A stretch of DNA of 64,000 nt from Octopus bimaculoides (Eukaryota). Location of the stretch: positions 18,865,148-18,929,147 of the forward strand of contig NC_069003.1 of the NCBI RefSeq assembly GCF_001194135.2, in the 5' to 3' direction. Below the pieces are notes generated by a model. That model saw only the letters and a list, made by a program, of their open reading frames with translations. It ran no database searches and was not told where the DNA came from. Shown here one piece after another: positions 25,431-37,819 of this stretch. Numbering within the stretch: position 1 is the first letter of the stretch; each line of letters opens with the position of its first letter. The position numbers and the translations under genes are program-made.

Positions 25431-26941
25431 CAAGCTCTTTCCAATTAAAACATAATTGTTCTTTCTTTCCTTTTTATTTTTGCATTCTAAACTCCTTGAC
25501 TATTTTTCGGGGGCTAAAGGTATCTACAGCATTTTTTTAAACATTTCTAATATATCTGTGTCTCACTGTAACATTGTTGTAAATACTTTTATTCATATCC
25601 ATTCTTTTCAAAATTTTCTTCACTTTAATATTCTATGTTGTTATTCAGAATATATTAGCCAAGCTCCACTTTACACACACATTCTCACACACACATTGCA
25701 GTTCACCTTTTAGTTATCACAGCTTAACTATCACCAGTGTCAATGTTTTTAGTCAAATGTTGTCAGCAATTCACTTTTCACTCCAATCTGAATGCAAGCT
25801 CTCCCACCCTATGGTATGGAAATGTTGCATTCTTTAAAAATCTTGCTCTAATGTGCAATTCTTTAATGGAAACTTGTTTCCCCATCAGCTTCCATATTAC
25901 ATGAAATCAATGAGGAAATAAGTTTTGCATTACAAAATTCCACGTTATGGCATAAATTTCAGGAATGCAACAATTTCGTAGCATTGAGGTGTTTGTCTTG
26001 TAGTTTCACTTTCCCCTTTAAAAATCAATATTTCACCAATAAGTACTTTTTTAGGTTTTTGATGGTGATATTTTACTGGCTGATCTACACTTTTGAAGGT
26101 CTGTGGATTGAAAAAAATCCCTTACTTGGAAATTGGTGACAGGATGAGAATCCAACCTCAAAATGCTGTATCAAATTCCCCTTCAATACTAGCTTGATAA
26201 AACAGGTATTAACTCTTGTTGCTTTTTTCAAATAATACAAGTCTTGCCAACACAGACCGTCACCAGTCTCCTTGAATTTATCCTATATATTAATTTTTAA
26301 CTCTTTGTTAGAAGTTAAGAACTATTAAGGATTGGCTACAGAATGTGCATCTAATCTTAAAATCTGGCTTCAAAATAAACTCCAGCCTATGACTGTTTGG
26401 AAAACAGGTTTTTTTTCTTAACATCCTGTTGAAAGTTTTTCTAAGTCAAAAACCCAGTTTTGTAAAGATTTTGTCGTAGAAAAAAAAAAAAATGATAGAA
26501 GAATGAATTGAAGTTTTCTACTTTGTATGTTCTTCAAAATAAATGTAAACAAAGTTAGTACAATTCTTGCGATATCATGCATTTCAGGATTGGCTAACCA
26601 ATACAGACCCATGTCATACTGTGTCATACAGGAAGTTAAGAGTTAAACAGAATGTGCAAAAGAATTTTATGCTGTGGAATTTCTAGTGACTAGGGTCTAG
26701 AAGCACAATGAAACTTTGTGACACTTCATAGTACACAGCACTATAAAAGAAATAAATGAAATGTAAAGTTAACAGTTTCTAGGCATTCCTAAATGGTTAA
26801 AAACTATTCTTCCCACAATACTTTGTGTAGGCAGTGTGTTGTGTTTTTGAGCAAAACATTTCATTTCACTTACTTCAGCCCACTCAGCTGGTAAAAGTGA
26901 GTAATCATGCAATAGACTGGCATCATGTCCAGTGAAGAATA

Positions 26942-26981
<40 letters not shown>

Positions 26982-27784
26982 AGAGAAACTAGGAAACTGG
27001 CTCTATGCTCCTTACAGCCTAACGTGGACTAACCAGTCTGATGCAATCATTCAGACAATGTCTCCTGTTTTAGAACCCCTTCCTTCTTCCCTCCCATCTT
27101 GGAGGCCCTGTAAAGAGTCATGGACATAACCATTCCCTTTTGATTAAGAGATTAAAAAAAAGAAAAGCAATGACAACAAATCAAGTTACTTGGTAAACAA
27201 GTGCAACTCCAAGCAAGCTACTTGATTGTATTCAGTAAATGTATAATGTAAACAAAACCTGCCATGTTTTTAAGTCCAGAATAAAGTCACTTGGTAAACG
27301 AGTACAGCTCTTCCGAGTGAGTTTGATTATGTTCAGTAAATGTATGATGAAAGTGAAACCTACTATTACCATATCATAAGTGCATGATACTGATATGTAT
27401 AATTGTTACAAGTCTTGTTTGTTAATGGAGACTTCAGTTGGTGTGGTGAAGTATTTAGTTCTACAGAACACCAAGTGCTTCCCACCCAAAATATGAGAAA
27501 CTTAATGTTAGTATATGAAAACATATTTAAACTTTCATTGTACAGGAATTTCACTAAGGAATGTGTTTGGCTACCAAATTATGGCAATTTTGACCTTTTT
27601 TTTTATTACATCAGATATAGTGTAGCCTGTTATGTTATGAAAATTTGTAAACATCTACACAGACTTTATAGAAATCTTATGTTGTTAAACACTTCGCTCA
27701 AAGATATTAGGGGTCGTCTATTCCAAATGCATTTAGGTTTTATAAACCTTCTGAACACCGATGCCCCTGTTCTTTTAATATTCA

Positions 27785-28150
27785 GGCACAGGCATGGTTA
27801 TAAAGTAAGATGCTTGCTTCCCAACCACATGGTTCCAGGTTCACTCCAACTGTGTGGCACCTTGGCCAAGTGGCTTCTACTATAGCTTCAGGTCAACCAA
27901 AATCTTGTGAGTGGATTCGTTAGACAGAAACTGAAAGAAGCTGATTGTGTGTCTTTGTCTCTATGTTCCCTCCACACCACTGCTTGATAACTGGTGTTGG
28001 TGTGTTTACATTCCCCATAACTTTGCAGTTTGCAAAAGAGATTAATAGAATAAGTATCAGTCTTTAAAAACAAAAATAACTAAAGGAGTCGATTCATTCG
28101 ACTGAAAGGTTGGTGCCCCAGCATGGCCATGGTATAATGACTGAAACTTG
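27785..28150 (+). mobile_element. tRNA-type SINE (family 1), near full length
   Basis: Head gcttcccaaccacatggttccaggttca, core caccttggccaagtg...cttctactatag, tail ccccagcatggcc...atgactgaaac. Other copies at about 6215, 12490(-), 42180(-), 42600(-), 47030(-), 54340, 55140, 57120(-). Confidence 0.75.
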
Positions 28151-28558
28151 TAAAAGATAAAAGATAGTTCAAATCTTGCTGAGGTCTATTTTATCATTCA
28201 TCCCTAAAAGGTACAGAATGATAAAATAAAGTACTAGTCAAGTACAGGAGTCTATTCAATATTGCTATTAAGTGTCCTAGATGATGTGAATCAACTTAAA
28301 ACAGGAGTGTATGACTGCAAGATCCTTTCTCAGGGGAGAAGTATTTGTTACAGTCTACACACTGATGATTCATTTATACTATGTTGGTTAGTGCGGGAGT
28401 TACAATCTTTCTTTTTGGCCTCTGCTATAGAAGTTTATAAAGACTCATAAGCCTTTGAACCCCTGGTGTTAACCTCCTTCCATGCAGACCTATCTCAAGC
28501 AAGACCCTTTCTCAAGTTAGGGTTAATATTGAAGTCTTTCTATGTTGCTCTCAATATA

Positions 28559-29840
28559 TTGGGTCATCTCATAAATAATGCAGCTCTTTCAATTGCATGA
28601 ACTAAAAGTTGGAGGGAGCCGGGACAAACTACCTGCATCAACTTGCTATAAAAGCAGGTAGTAATTTTACTTTGGTCTTATTCTTAGTGCAAGTTCTGAA
28701 GAGTGCAGTTCGATTTTAACAGTAATGTTTTCAAAGCTATTATGGAAGTGACAAAGGAGAATATTTGGCATATTTTACTTTATGAGTCCAATAAAGGCAA
28801 CAATGCAACAGAAAGTGTAAGGAATATTAATGCAGTATATGGGGACAATAAGCATAAGCCAATGTCAATGGTGGTTCCAGAAATTCCAAGCTGGAAACTA
28901 CAGCCTAGAAGATGAGTCTTGTCCTGGAAGATTTGTAGAGTTTGACGAGAATGTTCTGCAAACCTTGATGGAACAAAATCCCATTGTAATTGTTGAGGAA
29001 CTAGCAGAGAAGCTTGGATTTGATCATTCAACCATTCATTGACTCCTGCATGCCATTGGAAAAGTCAGCAAATTGAGTCAATAGGTTCCTCACAAACTTT
29101 CTGAGTCTAATTGTGCACAAAGAGCAAATATGTGCTCTTCTTTGCTGTCATGTCTCACAAATGAACCTTTTTTGGACTGACTAGTGATTGGTGATGAGAA
29201 ATGGGTTCTCTATAAAAATACCAAGCACCAAAGACAGTGGGTAGGGAAAGGAGAAACACCGGCACTCCAGGCTAAAGAAGACCTTCACTCACATAAGGTG
29301 TTGTTATCTGTTTGCTGGGATATCAAAGGTTTAGTCCACTTTAAACTCTTAAACCCAAACCAAGTGATAACAAAGAAGATGTATTGTGAGCAGCTTGAGT
29401 GGCTTAAGTCAGCGCTAGAAGAAAAACAACCATCTTTGATTTCAAGACGAAAGGTGTTCTTCCATCAGGATAATGCTTGGCCACATACAGCGAGGATGAC
29501 ATTCCAAAGGCTGGAGCAATTTGAATGGGAAACAACACCCTACCCACTATATTCACCAAGCATTGCCCCATCTGCTTATCAGTTATTCCACAGTCTTCAA
29601 AATCATTTGGACAGAAAAAATAATTCTGTAGATGAGGTCAGAACAGTACTGGAGGAGTATTTTTCATTATGGATGAGTGAATTTTGGAAGAGGGGCCTTG
29701 CAAGTCTACCAGATAGATGGAAGCACATTGTAGAAAATGAAGGAGAGTATATTTTAGATTAAAAAAGAACTTTGTTTATCTTAATTTTGAAAAATAAAAG
29801 AAGTTTTAAAAAAACCAGCATTATTTATGAGATGACCCAA
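28559..29840 (+). mobile_element. Full-length (1282 bp) mariner DNA transposon, inactive
   Basis: Perfect 23-bp TIRs ttgggtcatctcataaataatgc; TA target duplication at 28557-58 and 29841-42; single internal transposase reading frame. Confidence 0.95.
28742..29762 (+). pseudogene. Mariner (DD34D-type) transposase pseudogene
   Basis: HTH region, VPHKL (WVPHEL-like), GDEKW, HQDNA and YSPSIAPSAY (YSPDLAPSDY with the third Asp lost); frameshift near 28850 and in-frame stops near 29040, 29081 and 29179. Confidence 0.93.
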
Positions 29841-30906
29841 TATCTTTGGTTCTTTTACATCATGCATCAACGCTGCTGTTCATTTGCAAGTGCAGCGTGG
29901 AAGATTGCCTTTGACAGTCTATCGTCAGGCAGTCTGACATTTCCACCCCAACACGGATGGATTTGCTCAAGTATGACAAATTTTAGGACCTCTCCATTGG
30001 GAATTTTACCCTGATGTTTAGATTTTTCTTATGCAAGACGTGTGGAAATAGTTAAATCTTTTAGCAAGGGACTGGTATACTGTCCAAGTTTCCATGTCAT
30101 AGAGGATAGCTGGAATGATGACAGCTTTGTAAAATTTAATTCTGGTATCTATGCAAATACCTGGGCTGTTTCACAGTCAATACCATGTGTGTGTTTGTGT
30201 TTGTGTGTATTTTGCCACTGTCTATCAGTGGTGGTTATAAACATTGGAAAGACAAAAAAAAAAGGGGGGGGGGAGTGCTTTACAGTTGAAGTCCTTTGGG
30301 ATATTTGTTCTGCTATAAAATACAGACTCTCCCTTATCACTATTGATATCAGATATGCAGTGAAGCAGTGATTGGCCCATTGCAAATCTGTAGCAATCAG
30401 CACTGTTACATCAATTTTGATATGAAATTAATAAATAATTAATAAAAACATCCTACATAAAGTGAAGGGAATTTATATGAGGAAGAAAAAACGAAGGCAA
30501 TATTCACTGTGACTTCACTCAAAGATATGTAGAAGAGCCTCAGTTAACAATTTCTTCTAACCAATCAAAGAGCTGAGAACTTAGTACGTCATCAACAACA
30601 CCATTTCATAAATCCTCATCATTGGTGTAGTCTCTCTCATATGCTCTCTGTCTCTGTCTGTCTATCTCTCTCTCTTTCTACATACATTCATAGGTGCAAG
30701 TGTGGCTGTGTGTTAAGAAAAAGCATCTAAAAATCCATAAGTCAGCTGCCATATTTTTCTCAATACCTGCCCTCTGTAAAGAGTGCATGGTATTACTTAA
30801 CTGTGCTGCTATCTAACATCCAATTTTAATATCCAGTGTTAAACTGCTTGTTAGATTGACTCTAATGGATCTATAACACTTTATACTTTGATTAATATAT
30901 ATATTA

Positions 30907-30955
<49 letters not shown>

Positions 30956-31258
30956 NNNNNNNNNNNNNNNNNNNNNNNNNNNNNNNNNNNNNNNNNNNNN
31001 NNNNNNNNNNNNNNNNNNNNNNNNNNNNNNNNNNNNNNNNNNNNNNNNNNNNNNNNNNNNNNNNNNNNNNNNNNNNNNNNNNNNNNNNNNNNNNNNNNNN
31101 NNNNNNNNNNNNNNNNNNNNNNNNNNNNNNNNNNNNNNNNNNNNNNNNNNNNNNNNNNNNNNNNNNNNNNNNNNNNNNNNNNNNNNNNNNNNNNNNNNNN
31201 NNNNNNNNNNNNNNNNNNNNNNNNNNNNNNNNNNNNNNNNNNNNNNNNNNNNNNNNNN

Positions 31259-31315
<57 letters not shown>

Positions 31316-32360
31316 GTATGTGTGTGTATATGTTTGTGTTTGTCCCCCCAGCATTGCTTGACAACCGACACTGGTGTGTTTAGGTCCCCGTAACTTAGAG
31401 ATCAATAGAATAAGTACTAGGCTTCCAAAGAATAAGTTCTGGGGTTGATTTGCTTGACTAAAAGGCGGTGCTCCAGCATGGCCACAGTCAAATGACTGAA
31501 ACAAGTAAAAGAGTATATGTGTGTGTGTTTGTGTATGCCATTGAATGAAACCTTAAGTCCCAGTCAAGAAGAAATTTACAGCATTGAGGCCTGTCCCCTC
31601 CATCAGAAAATGTCTCATTGTTATTCTTAAACTGGTTTAAAATAACAACCTTCTGTTAAGATTTATACATACACACACACATATATACTGTAAAATTTAT
31701 ACAGGTTAACTAATTGTTCATCAACGAACTCTTGAGTTTCTCAGGAAAAAATGCTGTTTATAAACATTCCTTTCTATTGGCTAACAGTCAGCTTATACGT
31801 ATGTACATATTCTATACCTAACCTTGTATTGAGTGCTCTAAATAAATATATATTATATTACATTATATATTTATATATTATGTAGATATTATATTTTATA
31901 TATAATATTATACACACATGTAGCTGAGAAGGCCCATGGGGGGAAGGGGGAGAATTCTATTCAGAAAACTTTCAACACACAACTTAAGGTCAATATTTAC
32001 TTAATTCTGTCCAATCTGTAATTAAATCTGACCTTTGTTTAACAGGTTACCAATGAGTTTGTTGATCTTCAACTCTTTCCCCCTCCCATATTCTTATCAA
32101 CACACCAATACCAACAAGAGAGAAACTGCAGATTCTTGAAAGATAGTTCTATCAAAACACTTTCTCTCTGGAGCAGCAACTTTCTGTTTAGTTTAGTATT
32201 TTCTTTCTCTCTTTCCTCTCTCTCTCACCTCCCTATCTCATTTGTCCCCTCATCCTCTCTGTCTCTCTCCCCTTTCTGTCACCCATGTCTCTCTCAACTT
32301 TCTTCTCCTCTCTCCTCTTCCCCTCTGACTTTCTCCCTCTCTCCCTGTCTTTCCCACATC

Positions 32361-32460
<100 letters not shown>

Positions 32461-33440
32461 TACACACACATATATACATATGCATATATGTGTGTGTATA
32501 GTAAATACTTGTTTCTCATTTCGCATATGAAGTTCTTTCTGGTTCTTCCACGAATACCTGCTAATTTTCTGTTAGCTAAACCCATTTCTAATAAAGAGGT
32601 AAATTTATTCTCCATTAAATATTATTTAATCTACAGGAGGGTGATAGAATTGTTGGTTTATTGGACAACATGTCTTGCAGTGTTTCCTCTCTGTTTCCTT
32701 TACATTCTGAGGCCAAATAGTAGTGAGGTCACCTTGCCTTTCATCAGGGTCAATAAAATACTATTCAAGTAATGGGGTTGACAGTATTGACTTATCCTTC
32801 TCATCTCAGAACAGTGGGGATTGGTTATGTAACTTTACATTCTGTGTTCAAATATTGCTGCTGAGGTCATCTTTGTCTTTCATTCCTCCAGGAATGAATA
32901 AAACGAAGTACCTCTTAAGTATTCAGATTGATGGGATCAACTAATTACCTCCTCTCCCTCAAAATATCAGGATTGGTCATATCTTCATATATAAATATAA
33001 CAAGACCCTCCATCTTGATCTGATGTTTGTGATGATAAATAACCCTCATCTGTTAATTATGAATCAAAATTAACTTTGATTTTTCAATATAAAATTATAT
33101 TTGACATTACATGGAATGAGTTTGAGATGGGAAATAAGATTCCATAGACAGGATTCTAACTATAATATACACACAGGTGCACACAAACACACACAATATG
33201 CACAAGTTATTATTTATAACTTTACGTGTACTTCAAGATCCTCTGTTTCTCTTGAAAGTATAAATTTTTATGACATCACTGATAATATATATTGTGTATC
33301 TTGTGTGTACAGTTAAATGTTCATGATGCCTGTAACATAATGCAATAAAGTGTTTCCTTGAGTGGTCTGTTGTGGTTCAGCATCCAATTACACTTGGAAC
33401 ATCCGATGTAGGGATTTCAAATAACTACAGTGGTGAAACG

Positions 33441-33590
33441 TATATAAGGAACAAATGATAGAAATTTGCGTTTATCATAATTTTTCTGATACACACACAC
33501 ACACATGCTTGTTTATAGATTTGTTTTTTTTTGTTTTTTTGTTGGTATTGGTGTGTGAAATATAAAAGTGATAAAATGTCTGTTGAGAAG
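33441..33590 (+). promoter_or_regulatory. Possible promoter / non-coding first exon upstream of the LRP1-like gene
   Basis: TATATAAG near 33444, local CpG retention, and a possible donor gaa|gtaaaa at about 33590. Weak support. Confidence 0.2.
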
Positions 33591-34538
33591 TAAAAGTTTT
33601 CTCTGATATTTACCTTGAGTTTATTATATAAGTTAACATTTCGATTCTACTGTGTGTAGTGAAAATCAGCTGTTGTTTTATTTTATTAGCTCTCTGTTTT
33701 GTTTTGTGAAGTTTCAAAGAAAATATAAAATCATTTCACAAATATGGAGTGAAATCATATAGCCTAGTGGTTAGGGTTTTGGGCTCTTGATCATAATGTC
33801 ATGGGTTCAATTCCTTGAGTAAGACACTTCATTTGATGTTGCTTCAGTCTTCTCAGATGAAAATAAGTACCTGCCTAGTATTGCTACAACAACTCTCTCC
33901 TTCCAGCTGTCATATCCTTGATGTTCTGCTGGACTAAGAGATTGTTAGTATCTGCTTATGAAAACAACTAGTGAAGGCATGGTACATGTTAATGTTACCA
34001 AGTCACTCTCACTTGCAAGTTATAGCCGTGGCTCTTCACAAATCAAGTAGAACTCTCAATTTTGTGTCATGCTAATGGTACCTGAAACCACTTCATATGT
34101 CAGTGTCTGTGTGTGTTTTGCTGAGAATGCTGAGTAGGTGTGTTGATTGTATTATGAAATCTGTCTAATTGCCTTCCTGAAACATGTGTATGTTTTATAG
34201 AACTTAAAACACAATTATGTTTTCTTTGTTTATTAAAATTTAAATGGTTTTCAAAGGATTTCTTTAAAAAGTAAAATGTTTCTAAAACAGCAAGTGGGAG
34301 AGAGTTTTTTCTTAAATTTAATTAAATTTTTTTTTTTTAATGCTAACTAAAATTCAGGTCTTTCTTTTTTTTAAAGAAATGTTAATTTTCCATTTGCCAT
34401 TACAATAAACTCCCCAAGTTTATTATATAAGTTAACATTTCGATTCTACTATGTGTAGCGAAAAAAATCAACTGACAAATGTATTTCACAGCATTTTGTT
34501 GCATTTTACCCTAACCATATTCACCTGTTGTCACATAG

Positions 34539-34598
34539 GCCGCATGCATAAGAAAATGAACAGAGTTGCTACAGGTGTGTATAAAGACAATTTCTATG
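34539..34598 (+). CDS. Candidate first coding exon (ATG 34544: MHKKMNRVATGVYKDNFY), probably of the LRP1-like gene
   Basis: Branch point CTAAC at 34511, acceptor tcacatag, donor gtataa at 34599 (alternative gtgtgt at 34575). Both donors are phase 1, matching the next exon. Confidence 0.45.
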
Positions 34599-36587
34599 GT
34601 ATAAGCTATCTTGCTTGGCTATATAATTTCAGTTACATTTGTTACTTTTATTTCATTTTTTTTTACAATTGTTATTATCATTTGCTTAAATATTTTATTT
34701 TTTTAACGTATGTTTATATTTTCATTTTTTTTTTTTACATTTTTTTTTAGCTTTTAAATTTCATTTTAATTTATAATCAAATTCTTATTTAGCCTATTTC
34801 TTCTATAGCTTTCGGGTGGCAGTATTTTAGTTTTACAGCTTCGGTGCCTCGACCTAAATCATGCTTTTTCTCTCCCCGTTTGATTTGCAGTTTTATTATT
34901 ATTATCATTATTATTTTCATTTTTTATTTTAAACCTTTTTTTTTTTTTGTTGTTGCAAATTATGTTTTTTTTTTTTAAATGTCTTGAAATTAAAATTTAT
35001 TTTGACTTATTGGTGGAAGTTTGAGCTTGGTCCTTTTGCACATGATTTTTTTTTCTGTAATATTTCCTTGCATCTAAAAACTTCCCTTCTGCCACAAACC
35101 ACCACCAAATATCCTGGAAATGTATGTAGCTTAGATTACACACCATTCTTGTTTTGTATTGGCCATTTCTTTTGGTGCTTTCGTTGTAACTATATCACAA
35201 CAGTCTTATTTCAACTATGACACTGTTGTTATTTCCTGTGTGAAAATGCTGCAAATCTGTTGCATTCAATTTGTAGTGTAAGTGAGTTTATTTTATTCTC
35301 TATTTCAGTTGAATCTGAAACTAAGAAAAAAACATTTTAAGTTTTACCATCTTGCAGCAATATCAGTTACTAAGTTTCTATGTTAGTTTTCACTGGGGGA
35401 AAAAAAAGTAAAGCAAAAACATGATGATAATATTAATAATACTAAACAGTTCATGTGAGATATGTAGCATATATTGAAATAATATTTGTTACACAATAAA
35501 GGCATTCATTTGTAAAACAACAAAATTGAATGTTTTAACCAATAACAGACGAAGAGTAAGCTTGTTGGTATCTGGAAACCTAAATGTTTTATTTTCAAAC
35601 AATTTTTGTGCAGCAGTTACAGTATGGAAGACTAATATTAGCCCTTCAAAAACACCTAAAACAACTGCTAACTTCCTTTAATCATTTTTTATTTGGTGTC
35701 AAGATTTTCGTCACACTGTTTGTGACATGACAACAAGTTTGAAACAAGGCTATCAACCTATATTTAGAGACTTCACAGTTTTAAATATAGTTTCTTTTTC
35801 ACTCGTCCAATCAGACATTCTGGTTGTCCTCACCTGGTGCTCATTGTAGATGATGACTGCAAAAGTGACTGACCTATCTAGGTATTTACTTAAACCTAAG
35901 TCTATCATGAACCCTAGAACTTATCAGACTAAAACTTAATCTGGTTTCCATGGTGACTGAGATTTACAGCACTCCTCTCTGAATGGTATGTCAATGCATT
36001 GCAGGGTCAACTTCCCAGCTACTGCTGGAACTCAGATGGACATGCGGTAATCAAAACCACAATCATACAATCATAGTGCAATACCCTAACTTCTACGTTA
36101 TGTACCTTCATGACCTGTATATGTGAGAGAGAAAAATTATATTTAAAACCCTGAGGCCTATATACAGGTCAACAGCCATGTTCCAAACCTTTTGCAGTGG
36201 TACTATCAGTGACCTGGTTGCAGATAGTGTGATGAAAATTTTGATGCCAAATAATAAATGCTTGATTGAAGTTAAGAGTTTTTGTGTGGTTTTGAATGTC
36301 TTCTAAGCTGTAATTGTTACAGTTTCAATACATGATCCCAAATCAAATCACTTGCCTGACAAGTACATCTCCAAAGTTTTTTTTTGTGAGGGCATGGTAC
36401 AAAGGGAAAAGAAATAACTAAAAGCAAAAAAAAGGATAAAGGAAGCACTCAAGTCTTCAACCAACCATTTTCAAATACAATAAGGTGAAAGTAAAAGTTT
36501 GTCAAAAGATACCTCCCCATTCAACATTAAAATTACATATATGACTTACGATGGCCTCATGATTTTTATATCATTGCTTGCTTACAG

Positions 36588-36731
36588 AAGCTCTTTTGGA
36601 TTGGGAAATTATGCGCCGCCCTTTGGAAGGTTTATTGCAGACTTTTATCATCGCTTGCTTTGCGTTGATGCCTACTGCTTTTGGCTTTTCATTTCTGAAA
36701 TTTTTTTTCTTTCTCCTTTTGGAATTTGGAG
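36588..36731 (+). CDS. Candidate exon encoding a hydrophobic signal/anchor segment (EALLDWEIMRRPLEGLLQTFIIACFALMPTAFGFSFLKFFFFLLLEFG)
   Basis: Acceptor ttgcttacag, donor gtaatt at 36732, 144 nt, phase 1-1, open frame, CpG-containing codons; alternative ATG at 36611. Confidence 0.55.
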
Positions 36732-36822
36732 GTAATTTTCACCTCTTATCCATGGTTCTAGCTGCCTGAAGTTAACATTATACAATACACACATATACAA
36801 ACACACAGATTCACTCATATAT

Positions 36823-36856
<34 letters not shown>

Positions 36857-37765
36857 ACTCTCAGTTTAGAATTGGTTATTTTATATTTGTTAAACTCTGT
36901 TGTTAATATTTCCATTTAATCCCAAAATTTACCTTTCCTGTTGTTTTATTTATTTATTTTGCTTTCCCCTTTTCTTAAAAGATTGTTTTTACTGTATTTA
37001 AATACTATTTTATGTCCATCCATTTGTTAAGTCTGGGTAGGATAGGTCATTGATTCTTTAAATTTGTAACAAATATGTGGAATTAAGTAGGTTTTTGCCC
37101 TTAATCTTTTTATTACCATATTTCTGTCGAAATACATGAATTAATTTTGAGAATAATGAAGAATTTAATTAAATAACTTAGTCATTATTAAGCTGGAGTT
37201 TGGAACATAAATTAACATGAAAGTTTAAAGTTTGATGAAAGATCGCTTTAAAATCAAAATTTTGTATCATAGTACTAGGTGACAAGTTCTGTGTTGAGCA
37301 GCTGGGTATCAAAAGGGTTAATCCACTGCTAACCACTCAAGTGTGAAGTAGATAGGAAGCGTAATGTCTTTACCTGTAAAATAGTCCTCCTTTACATAGC
37401 TTCTACTGAAAGAAGAACTCCATAATTTGATGAGTGTAGTAGTAATAGCCATAGTAGTAGCTGTCTGTTGCCCCAGCTTACATTATGTACCAAACCTTTC
37501 CTTGCTATTCAAATAAATAAACCATACTTGATGTTCTTCTTTGCATTGTAATTCTCTAAAGATGCGGAAAATGTGTCCCTCTATTTTTTTGGCTCTTTCA
37601 ATTCTCAAGACTTGCCTTCCACAGAGATTTGCTTCAATGCAAACTATTTATCGCTTAGCTTGTGAAAGCAAAATACATACATAAATAAATATGTGGAATA
37701 TAATTTAGTTTACCATTGTCCCTCTTGGTCTTGTTTAATGTTTTTTTATTTTATTTTTAAACTAG

Positions 37766-37819
37766 TAGTAGATCATGTCACTGGTATAGTGAAACAGCAG
37801 GGAATTGAACCTGTATCAA
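37766..37819 (+). CDS. Candidate short exon (VVDHVTGIVKQQGIEPVS)
   Basis: T-rich tract, then TAGTAGTAG tandem acceptors (37765/68/71); donor gtgaat at 37820; phase 1-1. Read-through gives TGA at 37825 and AATAAA at 37884. Confidence 0.45.

Noticed and set aside
25750-26330. Possible Tc1-like transposase remnant (DKFKETG on the minus strand)
   Set aside because: Only one short motif; I could not trace catalytic residues or TIRs.
27403-27885. 160-aa ORF
   Set aside because: AT-rich, no recognisable domain, and its 3' part runs into a SINE.
36587-36766. Minus-strand exon candidate with a gtaagc donor
   Set aside because: All three frames from the best acceptor contain stops; the + strand exon has an open frame and matching phases.
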